From Lama guanicoe (taxonomy: Eukaryota), in contig MU054187.1 in assembly GCA_013239625.1 (NCBI GenBank), forward strand, positions 18,282,711 through 18,346,710: a DNA stretch of 64,000 nt, read 5' to 3'. Of the stretch, positions 14,231 to 25,340 are shown one piece after another. The notes beneath the pieces are model-generated. The model was not told where the DNA came from and did no database searches. It saw nothing but the letters and a program-made list of their open reading frames with translations. The first letter of the stretch is position 1; each line of letters begins with the position of its first letter. Position numbers and translations under genes: made by a program.

Positions 14231-14251
14231 TTCAGCACCAAGGAGAGTACC
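14231..14251 (+). promoter_or_regulatory. RE1/NRSE (REST/NRSF binding site) of SCG10
   Basis: TTCAGCACCAAGGAGAGTACC versus consensus TTCAGCACCNNGGACAGCGCC, canonical 2-nt spacer, about 1.6 kb upstream of the start, where the SCG10 silencer was originally defined in rat. Confidence 0.92.
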
Positions 14252-15509
14252 CGGTTATTTTCAAATGGTTTTATGCTTTCAAAACTGCGTATTATTCATG
14301 AGGCTTCTAGCCTCATGACATTTTGAAAGGTGGTTTGATAGAAAGCTGCTAAGAACTTATTCCATTCATGAGAAAAATTCTACTCATTTCTATAAAATTA
14401 AAAACTTGCCAGGGTTTTGTACATGTACATGATTTCAACAATGTGCTATTCTTTTAGTTTTCAAATGCAATGGAATTAGGGATTATATCCCTATTTTTCA
14501 AACGTCTAAACCACAGTTTCTGAATGGGCCTAGATTGGAGGAAGGTTCAGCGAAGTCACAGAAGTGTTAAATTAAGTGATTAAAAGCTCCATGAGAACAA
14601 GTCCTAAAATCTTTCTCACTCCTGCATCCTCAGAGCCTGGCACATGGTAAATGCCCAATGAATATTTATGGGAGTCAAGGGAGAAAGAATGAATTAATGA
14701 ATGGCATTCATTAAGTGAGGAGGAATGAATTAATTAATATCAGGTTTGTAGTGAAAAGTCACTTTTTGCAACTGGTCTCAGAGATCCTCACACTGCTCAG
14801 CCTGAAACATGAACAAATCTTTCTTTGCCTTATCTCAATGGAGACTCTGGATCTTAGAAAAAAAAATCATGCTCCAGATCATGCCTTTCATCTCTATTCT
14901 TGTCTAAAGGGTTTTCCTTAGAGCTCTGGAAAGGTCACTGAGGTTTCAACCCATGTAATCTTACATCTCCAGGGCAGCATGTCAGCCACCCACCCATGGG
15001 TCCTCCAATGCCCAGGCCAACAGTCATCCTGGTTCTGCCCTGTTACCAGATGGACAGGACCCAGGCACAGGAGGCTAACTCTCGTCTTCTTCCACAAGGT
15101 CCCCAGGTAGACCATAACTACTTGTTCTTATTCCCAGACAGCCCCTTCCTTCTGTGCCAAGAGTGGAAAACATCAGGCCTTGCTCTGCTGAGAGATCCTC
15201 AATAGTCCAGAGACATCTGGGCCCAGCTATGCTAGGAGGCAAAGGATCATAGCGCAGTTCTGCTCTGAGCTGCCACCATAGCCAGACATGGGGTCACCCT
15301 GGGAGACAAAAATCTACCAAGGACATGGCCAAAGGTGAAAGAGAAAACATGAACAGTGTTTAAACAGATGTTTCCAACAGCCAGCATGTTGTGAAGACTT
15401 CTCAGGCCTCTGAATTTCTTTCCTTTTTTTTTTTTTAATTTCGATTTGTGCAACAAAACATGTGTGAATCAAGTCAAGCCTCCTGGCTCCCAGGTAGGCA
15501 CAGCCCAGT

Positions 15510-15820
15510 TCTAGCTCCTAGAAGGCTCCTAGGCTAAGGCTCCACTCTACTTGGACTGTACTACTAGGCCCCCAAAATGGGGGGAGCTGCCAGGGAAGGA
15601 CTGATTTCCATTTCAAACTGCATTCTGGTACTTTGTACTCCAGCACCATTGGCCGATCAATATTTAATGCTTGGAGATTCTGACTCTGCGGGAGTCATGT
15701 CAGGGGACCTTGGGAGCCAATCTGCTTGAGCTTCTGAGTGATAATTATTCATGGGCTCCTGCCTCTTGCTCTTTCTCTCGCACGGTCCCACTCTGCAGAC
15801 TCAGTGCCTTATTCAGTCTT
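15510..15820 (+). promoter_or_regulatory. STMN2 proximal promoter
   Basis: Inverted CCAAT (ATTGG 15648-15652), CCAAT at 15717-15721, TGACTC-N5-GAGTCA palindrome 15681-15697, Inr-like TCAGT; no canonical TATAAA. Confidence 0.75.
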
Positions 15821-15893
15821 CTCTCTCGCTCTCTCCGCTGCTGTAGCTGGACTGTCCGCCTTCGCCACCGCTCAGCTTCTGCACATCCCTACA
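15815..15893 (+). other. STMN2: STMN2 5'UTR (major start probably near 15815; longer forms may begin near 15513)
   Basis: Initiator-like TCAGTCT at 15813-15819 followed by a pyrimidine-rich leader resembling the human STMN2 mRNA 5' end as recalled; TSS is inferred. Confidence 0.7.
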
Positions 15894-15912
15894 ATGGCTA
15901 AAACAGCAATGG
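15894..15912 (+). CDS. STMN2: Stathmin-2 (SCG10) coding exon 1 (MAKTAM + 1 nt)
   Basis: ACAATGG strong Kozak context; ATGGCTAAAACAGCAATGG followed by donor GTAAG at 15913; phase 1 joins exon 2. Confidence 0.98.
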
Positions 15913-16399
15913 GTAAGGCATCGCGCCTCGTTCTTCCTCGGCTCGACCTGGAGCCCACCTCTCCCCTTCTCTCTTAGAGCTATTTTAGAGATATTTTATA
16001 GAGAAAAAGACGTTATTGGGAACATAGGAATCAGGAAGGACGGAGGCAGTTCTGGGGTTTGGGGAGGGCAAAGAGGGGATACTTGGAAATCTAAAGCGAA
16101 GATTTTTTTTAAGGTAGAGGCAGGTAAGTTTCCTTCCCGTGGGTAAACAATTTATTCTGTTTCCATATTTTAAATTAGGACTCAGTCGTAGGGGGAAGGG
16201 GCTACCTTAACTGTAAGACTTAAATGGGGTTAAGGGACATTTGTAAAAGTGCTTTGTAACGTTCTTTATTCTCTATTTAAAAAAAAAGGAAGAAAGAAAA
16301 GAAAATAGAGAAGAGGAAGGAGGGTGGGAGAAAGGAAAGAGAAAAATGCAAAGTCAAAGCGGTCCCATCTAGGCTGTTTGAAAGATGGGTGGAGACGAG

Positions 16400-18150
16400 G
16401 AAGGCGGGTGAAAGAACCGGGCAAATTTTATGGTATTGTCTGGTCGGAAAAACCGCTAGTCCTGGGGCGCGGTGCCGGAAGAGGAAGTCGGGAGGGCACA
16501 GAGGGCGCGGGTGGGCAGCTGCAGGGGCGGGGAAGCGCGCGGTTGGGGAGGGGTGGAGGGACAGCGGTTTCGCAGGCGCTGGGGTGGGGTTTCTTTGTGT
16601 GAGGACGGGCGGTCCCGGAGGAGGGGCAGGCACCTGCAGCGCTGGGCACACAATGCGGACGGCCCCACCCTGTGCGGAGCCGCGCCAGCGCCTTCACCCC
16701 TCCCCCCAGCCGGTGCAGCATCTTCAGCCGAAAGGGGGCCGGGTGGGGAGCGCAGCGCGACGCCCAGGAGCCCAGCCCTGGAGGGACAGCAGCGCCACGC
16801 CCCGCGCTTCGCGCTCCTGACTCCCAGCCTCGGCTTCCGAGTGGGACCTGGCGGTTGCCCTCGCCTTCCCCACCCTGGCCTCATTGTTCTGCCTTACAGA
16901 GAGAAGGGGGAAAAGTGGGTTAACAGTCTTTTCAAAATCACATTACATGGGGTGCTTGGGCAAGACGCAGATAAAAGCTTCTTTGAACTCATTCGATCTT
17001 TTTCGGGAAAAGCTTCTGGGACCTAGATATGAGTATATATAATAATACAGATGCAAAAGAGGTCAAGGTCTTTAATTGAGCCAAATGAAATATCTCTTTT
17101 GTAGGTCAAACAGGGCCAAAAATCGGCAATTTTCATAGGCTCAGCCTGTGTCAGACAGATAGTCGAGACACAGAGACCAAGCAAGGCTCCAGATCAGGGC
17201 CTTCATCCCTAATTCGTCTTGCTCCTCCAGTGCCCCGTGGCTCGGTGCTCGGTCCCCGCTAGGGGCACAGGCAGGGAGGGGCCCGAGATCGGGTGGCAGC
17301 TGGAAGCACCCCTCCCCTGGAACCCAGTGCGGGATGCGGATAAGGGGAAAAGCTGCGAAAAGGGCTCGCTTTGGACAGCTCCGCCCTGCCCCACCCTCCC
17401 AGGCGGAGCCCGGAAGACCTCGGGCTCAGATGCAGGGCAAGGGAAGGGAATTGGGGAGGGGTTGTTGAGAGATCTGCAGTCCTAGAGCCCCCGTTTATAG
17501 CCCCGCAATTCAGAATAGCCCAGGCACACTTTGATGGGCGCAGACACCGGGTGTTGCTCCGGATCCCAGCGCCGAGCCCCTCCCAGACAAGTGTGCGGCT
17601 CTGCAGAAAGGCTGGCTCGAGCCCCGCCCGGGCACACAAAGGCGCGGCCGCACCCTAGCCGGCCACAGGCCCGCAGAGGTGACCCCTTCCCAGGAGTGAG
17701 GGGAGGGTTTTTCTTCTCTGCCTCCTACAACTCCCGGAGCTTGGGGCTATTTTCCCCCAGCCAAAGCCCACAGCCCACGTTCTGTTCTCCAGGCTCTCCT
17801 GGGTGGCGACACCTTGGATAGTCTCCGTAGGAGAGACCCTTGCTCCTCTAGCGAGGGGCGTCTCGACCCCACCCTTCCCAGCTGGGACGCAGACCCGACA
17901 GCCGCTGGCCGGGTGGGGGCGCACATGGCGAGCCGGCGGCGCGTGGAGCGCAGCCAGCCCTGCAGAGTCCCGCGCCGCGCCCTGCGGTCCCCTCCCGGGA
18001 GCTGGGCGCTAGACCCCGCGGATGCAGCCCAGGAGACAGGTTTCTGCGCAGTGTCCTGAGCTACCCCGACTTCCCAAAATTCGCGGCTCGCCCGCAAGTC
18101 CAGAAAGGTTCTGAGAACGGGGGATGGGGGCGATCTCGCTCTGCTCTGCA
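16400..18150. promoter_or_regulatory. CpG island in the 5' part of intron 1 (two lobes split by an AT-rich gap at about 16900-17200)
   Basis: Visibly very high GC and CpG density against an AT-rich, CpG-poor background; GC boxes (GGGGCGGGG at 16524); boundaries by eye. Confidence 0.85.
17074..17147. mobile_element. MADE2-like mariner MITE remnant
   Basis: About 75 nt with inverted ends TGAGCC...ATGAAA / TTTCAT...GGCTCA and internal GTAGGTCAAA. Confidence 0.6.
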
Positions 18151-20192
18151 CCCCCACCGAGAGGTTTATGCTGCAGGAAGGCGTCTGCAAACTCATCATC
18201 ATCAGTGTTATTGCTGTTATTTCAAATTATTATTATTATTTCATGACTCAGTGGCCATATTCATTCAAAAGATTTGAATTGCCCTGATTAAGAATTAACC
18301 CTTGTTGTACTCACTTTTCTTCTTTTCTTCCTCCAAAAAAACAAAAACAACAACAACAAAAAAAGAATTCACTCTCCTGTGCACTTTAGGTTATAAAGCA
18401 AATGTATTTTTGGTTCCTATAAGAATTATATGTGCTCATGTGGGTCAGATATAAGTGCAGGTGCTTGTTAAGGGCTGGGCTTGTGTGCCAAAGATTGCTG
18501 GAAAATTCTCTGCAGAGACTTGCTTGTGGCTGCAATGGATGAAAATATACATATTTAAAATATTATGATCTTCGCCTTGTATTCCATAGACTGGATCCAT
18601 AAATATATAAATATAGGTTATGCACAATTTTAATTGTTTCTTTTTATTTAGAAACTGTCCTTCCAATTGCTAATTCTTGCTACTGTCTCAATTCTGCATA
18701 AAAACTTAGATCGTAAGATGGTAGCCACTATCCTATTAATAAAAATCCCACCCCAAATATGACAAATGCAAGGGCCCTTTCTGCCATGAGTAAGCAAATC
18801 ATGAAAAGCAGCACAGCCTCTGCATTATTAAAATAATGGATTTTGAAATCATTCCAGTTGCAAAGCATAATCAATTAATCACCAGGGCGGGTGCTTTTTC
18901 CTGATTCATTAAACAATTATTGTATTCAGCATGATTGTACTCCGTGCATATAATATTCCCTGTTATCTTCTCTAATGAAGTGGGCACCTTCTAAATGGAT
19001 ATATAAATAACCAGGAGTGTAAAGAGGAGGAATTGGTCAAAATTTCAGGATAAAATTAAAAGAGAAATAGCAGTAGCTTATCACTCAATCATATATATAT
19101 AGTTTATACAAGGTGAGTATGCTTTGCCTGAAGTAAGCAAGCATTAAGCAGGCAGCTGGTATAATGATAAAATTAATACACCTGGTAGTGACTGTCTCTG
19201 CATGGTAAATTTCTCTGAAAGAAAATACATTTTTAAATGATAATTGAGATTGGATGGTTTATCATATCAAAATCTACAACTTTATTTTGTCAAAATTAAC
19301 CATGGTTTTGTGACATGATTTAAGATTTGTAGTAAATTATTCTAAGGAAGAAGGGAGTTTTTTATTGTTAGAGCAATTGTCTCTGCCCTTAGTCATTAAC
19401 ATTTTTAGCAGAATTTTATTTGTTACATTAAAAGCACTTTTACTTACTTTCATGGTCTTTTTTAAATTATTAATGGATAGATCGTGGGATAGGCATTTAA
19501 TCATTTGGCACAATCTGTCTATCATCAAATAACTAGTTCTCAGTGGTGAAATGCTGCAAATGGCTACGTTTTAATCAGATTCAAGAAATGTCCTCGCAGA
19601 GTGCCATAAAGCCAGTTCACACAATTAAATGGCTTTCCTCCCTATGATTTAGGATCAAAATAGTTACTCAGTTCTGTGAATATCTAGTAGCAGTTATCAA
19701 GCAGAATTTTAAAGGTAAATTTGTATAATTCAAAATGAAATGGGAGACAAATCAATTACATAATTAATTAAGGATTTTTGTTACTGATAAATCCACACCA
19801 TCTTTAGGAAAATTTCTGATTTATCAATCACTGGTGTTTTTTCTCCCAACTGGCCATACACTCCACCCCACCCCAGGATCCCCTTGCTCACACAGGCTGA
19901 AAGAAGCTGGCCTCAGAGCAGGTGGCTACCTGCTTTGGGTGTGGCCACCCCAAACTGTTGATACCTAAGTCCGGTGCACATCAGTTGCCTCTTTGGCCCT
20001 CGAAAAACATACATCATTCTATTGTCACAGGATCTGTGACCTTATATGAAAAAATGCAAGAAATTTTCAGACAAAACAAAAAACAAAAAACCGGAATTAG
20101 CCAGTTACCCAGATGTTTCCAGAACCCAAAGCTCATTCGCTTTCCTAGATCTCTGAATTGGAAAACCTTGGTGTCTGCATTAACTTTTAACT

Positions 20193-20206
20193 CCACTAGA
20201 GGGCAA
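20193..20206 (+). promoter_or_regulatory. CTCF-like motif
   Basis: CCACTAGAGGGCAA matches the CTCF core CCAC/G-YAG-R-GGGC. Confidence 0.55.
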
Positions 20207-21074
20207 TCAAGTTCTCTAAAGAAGTAGGTCGATTTTAAACCCAGTTCCAAATACTAGCTAGTTAACAAAATATTTTCTTTTATCTGGAGCACTCAATTAC
20301 TTCTTCAATAAGTTAATAGCATGCTTATCCTAGTGGATGAAGACAGTTTGTACACTTCTTCAAGGAAATAAAATGAAATAAGTGATCTTTATAATCTGGA
20401 AGTAGGTGTCAGTCCTGGTTAATCATTCTCTTAAGATTTTACTTTATAATATCATTACATTGTTATTATAATATCATTTATGTTACTTGAGGAGATTGCA
20501 GTAGATAAATAGTAGAAAATGGCCAGTAGTAATATCAAAATTATATGGGAACAGAATGTTTCAATGTTTAAATTAAGGAATAAATTAAACAAAAACATTG
20601 TTTAGTTATTCATTTATTTAAAATGTCCTCACCATTGAAGACACACCTGAATGTCCCTCCCCACCTTCAGGGAGCTTGCAAGTTAGTAGATGAAGCAGGT
20701 AGATATAATGTGATACTGAGAGGGGCCCCCAAACTGGCTGTTACTATTTTTCCTACTTTCTAAGTTCATTTTTTCTTTTCCATTTAAAGGATACCTTTGA
20801 AACCAAATCCAGTGTGATTTCAGCTCAAACATTTAAATCTAATGTTTTGTCGGCTTTCAGTAATTATTGAGTACCTCCTTGTAGTCATTTTCTTAGTTTA
20901 GTAGAAAATGTATGTTAATTTTAAGGAAATAAGAAGAAACAGATAAGTAGGAACTAATTTTTAGGATTATCAAAAGTGGATATTTTTATGTTTGTGTTGG
21001 TAGGGAATTCTTTTTATCTTATATTTCGTGTAACTATAATGCATCTGTAAAATATTTAATAGATTCATATTACT

Positions 21075-21210
21075 ATGTTCCCCAAACTTTCCTATGCATG
21101 TGAATTACCTGCAATTTTCATTAAAATGCAATTTCTAATACCGTAGGTCTGGTTGAAGTCAGACATTCTGCATTCCTAACAAAGCTCCCAGCTGATGCTG
21201 GTTCTAACCA
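21075..21210. mobile_element. MER5-like hAT DNA transposon
   Basis: GTAGGTCTGG...ATTCTGCATTCCTAACAAAGCTCCCAGCTGATGCTG; lies about 220 nt upstream of the cryptic acceptor. Confidence 0.7.
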
Positions 21211-21429
21211 CCAAACACATCCGTTTTAGAAATATGAAATTGTGATACACGCGCTCCTCCCACGATAAGCTCCGGCATCATGTCTTAACATTTTCAAGCC
21301 TATAGCAATTTTTACAAAATATTTCACCTCCAAACTCATACACTTAGGGATTTCATTCCTCTGGGAGTTGTGTGTTCTGTGTCATCATTCTCTTTTAGTT
21401 AGATTTTTAAAAATATATTCACATTGCAG

Positions 21430-21610
21430 GATTCAGCAGAAGACCTTCAAGAGAAATGTGGAAATGAAAATTTGGCTGTGTGTGCGTGTGTGTGTGTGTG
21501 TGCGTGTGTGTGTGTAAGAAAAAAAATGTGGCTTGTGGCACAGTTGAGAAAGATGACAACTCAATGTTGCTAGTTTACTGTCACTTACAAAACAACGTGC
21601 AGAACAAAAA
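21430..21610 (+). other. STMN2: Orthologue of human STMN2 cryptic exon 2a with TDP-43-type (TG)n element
   Basis: cattgcag|GATTCAGCAGAAGACCTTCAAGAGAAA...TTTGGC(TG)n...GGCTTGTGGCACAGTTGA closely follows the recalled human tattgcag|GACTCGGCAGAAGACCTTCGAGAGAAA...; 5.5 kb after exon 1. Confidence 0.9.
21477..21515 (+). repeat. (TG)n tract, 39 nt with two CG interruptions
   Basis: Read directly. Confidence 0.97.
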
Positions 21611-22569
21611 GTTCAATTCAGAAACTTTTAGTTGTGGAACATCGTGCAAGTGTCTGTAACCCCATTTACCATATGGCTAATTCATTGGAAACATTCTACA
21701 TACTAAAGAAAGTAACACAGAGGATTGAGCAGCACTGGAATTCTCTCAATATATCCCATATTTATTACTTACCAAATTACCTAGCAGCCTTTCTTCCTGT
21801 ATACCATATGAGAAAATTATTAATAACTTATTGAGTATGGCTGGATATTTGAAAACAGATTGTGTGTGTGTTTTCTGCTTACTTAAGCCAATAAAGGACC
21901 TCCATTATTTGATACTAACTTTCTAAGAAAGTCAACCTAGAGGTAAAAAAAAAAAAAATGGGTCTCCAAGGAATATTACCCAAGGTATCATATGTCAGCC
22001 TTCCACGCAGTGGGTGACTGACCATGCAGACATGATCACATTTCTGGAAATGCTATCCTGCAAAAGTGGTTCTATGCATGAAATGTCTCAAATGAGAAAT
22101 TCACCATTTCTCAAGTAGAGGAAACATCCCAATAAAACTGGCCGGAGAGTTGGTAGAATCTACTGTTTCACCATGAATTTGGCTTAAGGCTCAAAGTTAT
22201 CTATTCCTTTGTTCCTGTTGTCTTTAACTGATCATTTCAGAGTCTTGAAAACTAGGAAACTTTCCATTTTTGCAACTCCTGGTACATTTTAAAAAGTAGA
22301 AGACGTGCTAAGACAGAGTTATAAAAATAATGTGTGTTTTAAACATTTAATCCTAGCAGTCTGCTGTGGCTGTACCTACACTTCATTTGGAGATAACAAA
22401 AATCTAAACTTGTGGACCTTGAAGACTAAGCCCCAAAATTTCCTGACTGGTCCTTCAACCAACAATTTTTCTGTGACACGGCTTTTTTTCAGGAATCATT
22501 TTTCTGGCATAGATATAAATTTCAGAGTGTCTGCAAGAAGTGAGTTTAATTGATTTAATCCTTATCCAG

Positions 22570-22770
22570 CATATATAACACACTAGGCACTAAGCACATT
22601 ATGCATATTAGCTGTGTTAATCATCCAATAGCCCTAAAAAGTAGGTCCTATTATAGATGAGGATACTCAGGCACAGAGAGGAGGAGTGACTTGCCCAAGG
22701 TCATACAGTTCGTCAGATGTAAAGTTTGAACCCAAGCCTCTGGCTCCAGAATCCGCGCCTTTAACCAGTA
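22570..22770 (-). mobile_element. MIR SINE
   Basis: AGATGAGGATACTCAGGCACAGAGAGG..GTGACTTGCCCAAGGTCATACAG antisense core. Confidence 0.8.
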
Positions 22771-24740
22771 CCAGCTTCTCTCGTATCTGCTCCGTGTCAG
22801 AGGGTTCCCATCATGGAGGTCGAACCAGTGATGCCGCCATTTTGTTAAACAGGCCTGATGGTCTTAACTTCCCGAGCACAACTTGAAGAGGAAATACCTT
22901 CATATTAATGACTAGCTTTAACAGCTAACCTAGGGCTTATTAAATTAATTGCCATGATTTAGGCTTTGGGGGAAAGGGAGCTATGAGACCTTAGGGGCTG
23001 TAATGCATGGAACCACCTGGCTCTCTGAAGGCTCATTTAAGCACAGCAGGGACTTCAGGTGTGGACACAGTGATGCCCAGTCCTGGGAGAAAAAACCCTG
23101 ACTTAATTTTACCAGTATCTGCCTGGTTAACCCATTTCAAAATGGATCCTTAGCTCTTTCCCTAAACCCTTTATGTTTAATTTTAAAATTTTGTTTTATG
23201 AAATAAATCTAGAGCTAAAAGGGAGATGCAACTCAGGCATCAACAGTTAATATAACCATTAGATACTACTTCAAGACTCTCTTCATCTTACTACTTCAAA
23301 GCAGGCAGGCAGGCAGGAGATCTGAATCCCTTGTGAGACCTTTGTAATTATCTTTTAATAAAGGAGGCAGGTCCTGTCATTTGTCAAGTAGACATTTGCA
23401 GTAGTAAAACCGGTGTTTATATAACCCATTTTTATTAGTCATGATTAAAGATAACATTTTGTGTACATTTGTTCTCACAAAACACTTTTATGTGAATGTA
23501 AAGGTTAATTAATGCATTTCAGCAATCACTTTGCTAGTCATCTGGAAATACTGCTTCTCTAGAAATCGTGCTCAAGAAAAGAAGCCACACATTTCACTGT
23601 AAAGCCATAACCAAAATTTTAAGGTTTTTCTCATTTGTAATTTTGTTGACCTCCAGATTAAAATATTTAATACTTGGAAAAATTTCAAGATTCCAAAAAT
23701 TTGGTTTTGGTGCCAAAAATTGATAATTGTAGTTCTTGTGTAGTACATTAAACATAATGTAATCTGGAATTGATTTTTTTTAATCATAAAGCAATGCTTG
23801 TAAGAGTGCTTATTTAGCAGTTATTCTTCTGGAATAATTGCACTTTGGATGTCAGAGTTTGCACGTCCAAATATTTACTTAGTATGACAATAGATCATCA
23901 GTAATATGAATCTGTCAGGCTTTTAGCTGTATGTCTTTAGAACAGCATAAAAAGAAATGGATGAAATTTATCTAAACTTAGTCCCACAAATACTTGTACA
24001 AGAGAGTGTTTTAAAGTTTCAGTTTTCATTCTACTTCTTCTTTTGGAAGTTTTTTTTTCCTATAAATGGCTGTCATAAAATTTAATTTCCATTCAACAAA
24101 ACTGCTTACAGTAAACGTAATAATAGTCTCTTAGGTTGGGCTTCCTTGTAAGTAGAAACCTAACTCACGTGATAAAGCTCAATCTATAAAATATTGACTG
24201 TTACAAAACAGACCAGAAAGTCGCACCAAGGTGTCACTTATCACTTCCAGACTCTACCAAGCGTTAGTAACTGCAGCCTGCCTTGGGACCCTGCTTTGGA
24301 ACATAATTGTTTTTACTACCATGTGGTTCTTTTTTGTCCCCAACACTCACATCTGTTGTTGTTATTTAAGTCTCACAGCTTTATCTGAGAAGTGCCAATT
24401 AGCATCCTTCTCCTAACCATTGTTCAAAAATATGGACAATTACCCAAGTCGATTCTAGTCTTCTGATGCACAGATTATATGATCCAAGACTTCTGTCACT
24501 TTAAAAATTGTCTTTTCATTGTCCTTCTGACCTACTTTTTCCTGTTAGAATAAAAAAGAGGAGCAGATAAACATAGAAGATTGAAAACATTCAAAAGAAA
24601 AATTAGATCACATGATCTATCAATATGGGACCTTGTAGTTCTCAAAACATATTCAGCCACTCCATGCTTTTTAACCTTCATATAATCCCTATGAGATGGG
24701 CACAGTACACATGCCACTCTGCTTAAAAATAGGTAAATTT

Positions 24741-24880
24741 GTGGGAGGAGGGTATAGCTCAAGTGGTAGAATGCATGCTTAGCATGCACAAGGTCCTGGG
24801 TTCAATCCCCAGTACCTCCTCCAAAAATAAATAAATAACTAAACCTAATTACCTCCCCCCAAAAAATTTAAAAAAAAAAT
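24741..24880 (+). mobile_element. tRNA-derived SINE (camelid Vic-1 type) with TSD
   Basis: A box TAGCTCAAGTGG, B box GGTTCAATCCC, poly(A); TAGGTAAATTT repeated at 24730-24740 and 24881-24891. Confidence 0.92.
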
Positions 24881-25009
24881 TAGGTAAATTTTAGCTCAAA
24901 GAATTTAGTCAAGTTCACATATGGTAAGCTTTAGAGCTAGGGCCAGAATACAGGTCTAATAAAGATATATATGTATGTATGAATATTATATATATGCATA
25001 TATATGACT

Positions 25010-25340
25010 TCACTTGTGTGTGAAATCTACAAAACGAAACAATAGAAACAGACTCATATAGAGAACAAACTGGTGGTTGTCAGAGGGGAGAGGGCAGGGG
25101 GTTGGGTGAAATAGGTGAGGGAAATTAAGATGTACAAGCGTCCAGTTATAAAATAAGTCATGGGGATGTCACATACAGCATAGGAAATATAGTCAACAAT
25201 ATTGTGGTAACATCGTATGATGGCAGATGGTAACCACACTTATTGTGGGAATCATTTTATAAAGTCTAAAAATATCAAACTAGTATGTTGTGCACCTGAA
25301 ACTGATATAATACTGAAGTCAATTATACTTCAATAAAAAG
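25010..25340 (+). mobile_element. LINE-1 3' end fragment
   Basis: AGACTCATATAGAGAACAAACTGGTGGTTGTCAGAGGGGAG...CACCTGAAACTGATATAATAC...CAATAAAAA typical L1 3'UTR. Confidence 0.88.

Noticed and set aside
15738..15893. Open frame upstream of and in frame with the STMN2 ATG (possible N-terminal extension)
   Set aside because: Starts at GTG upstream of the likely main TSS; no in-frame ATG; the annotated ATG has a strong Kozak context.
16277..18202. Cluster of long overlapping ORFs (up to 184 aa) on both strands
   Set aside because: They coincide with the CpG island, where stop codons are rare; products are low-complexity G/R/P/A-rich with no recognisable domain.
24751..24815. tRNA-like sequences with A and B boxes (also near 12330, 36200, 46100)
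   Set aside because: A-rich tails, TSDs and multiple diverged copies identify them as SINEs, not tRNA genes.
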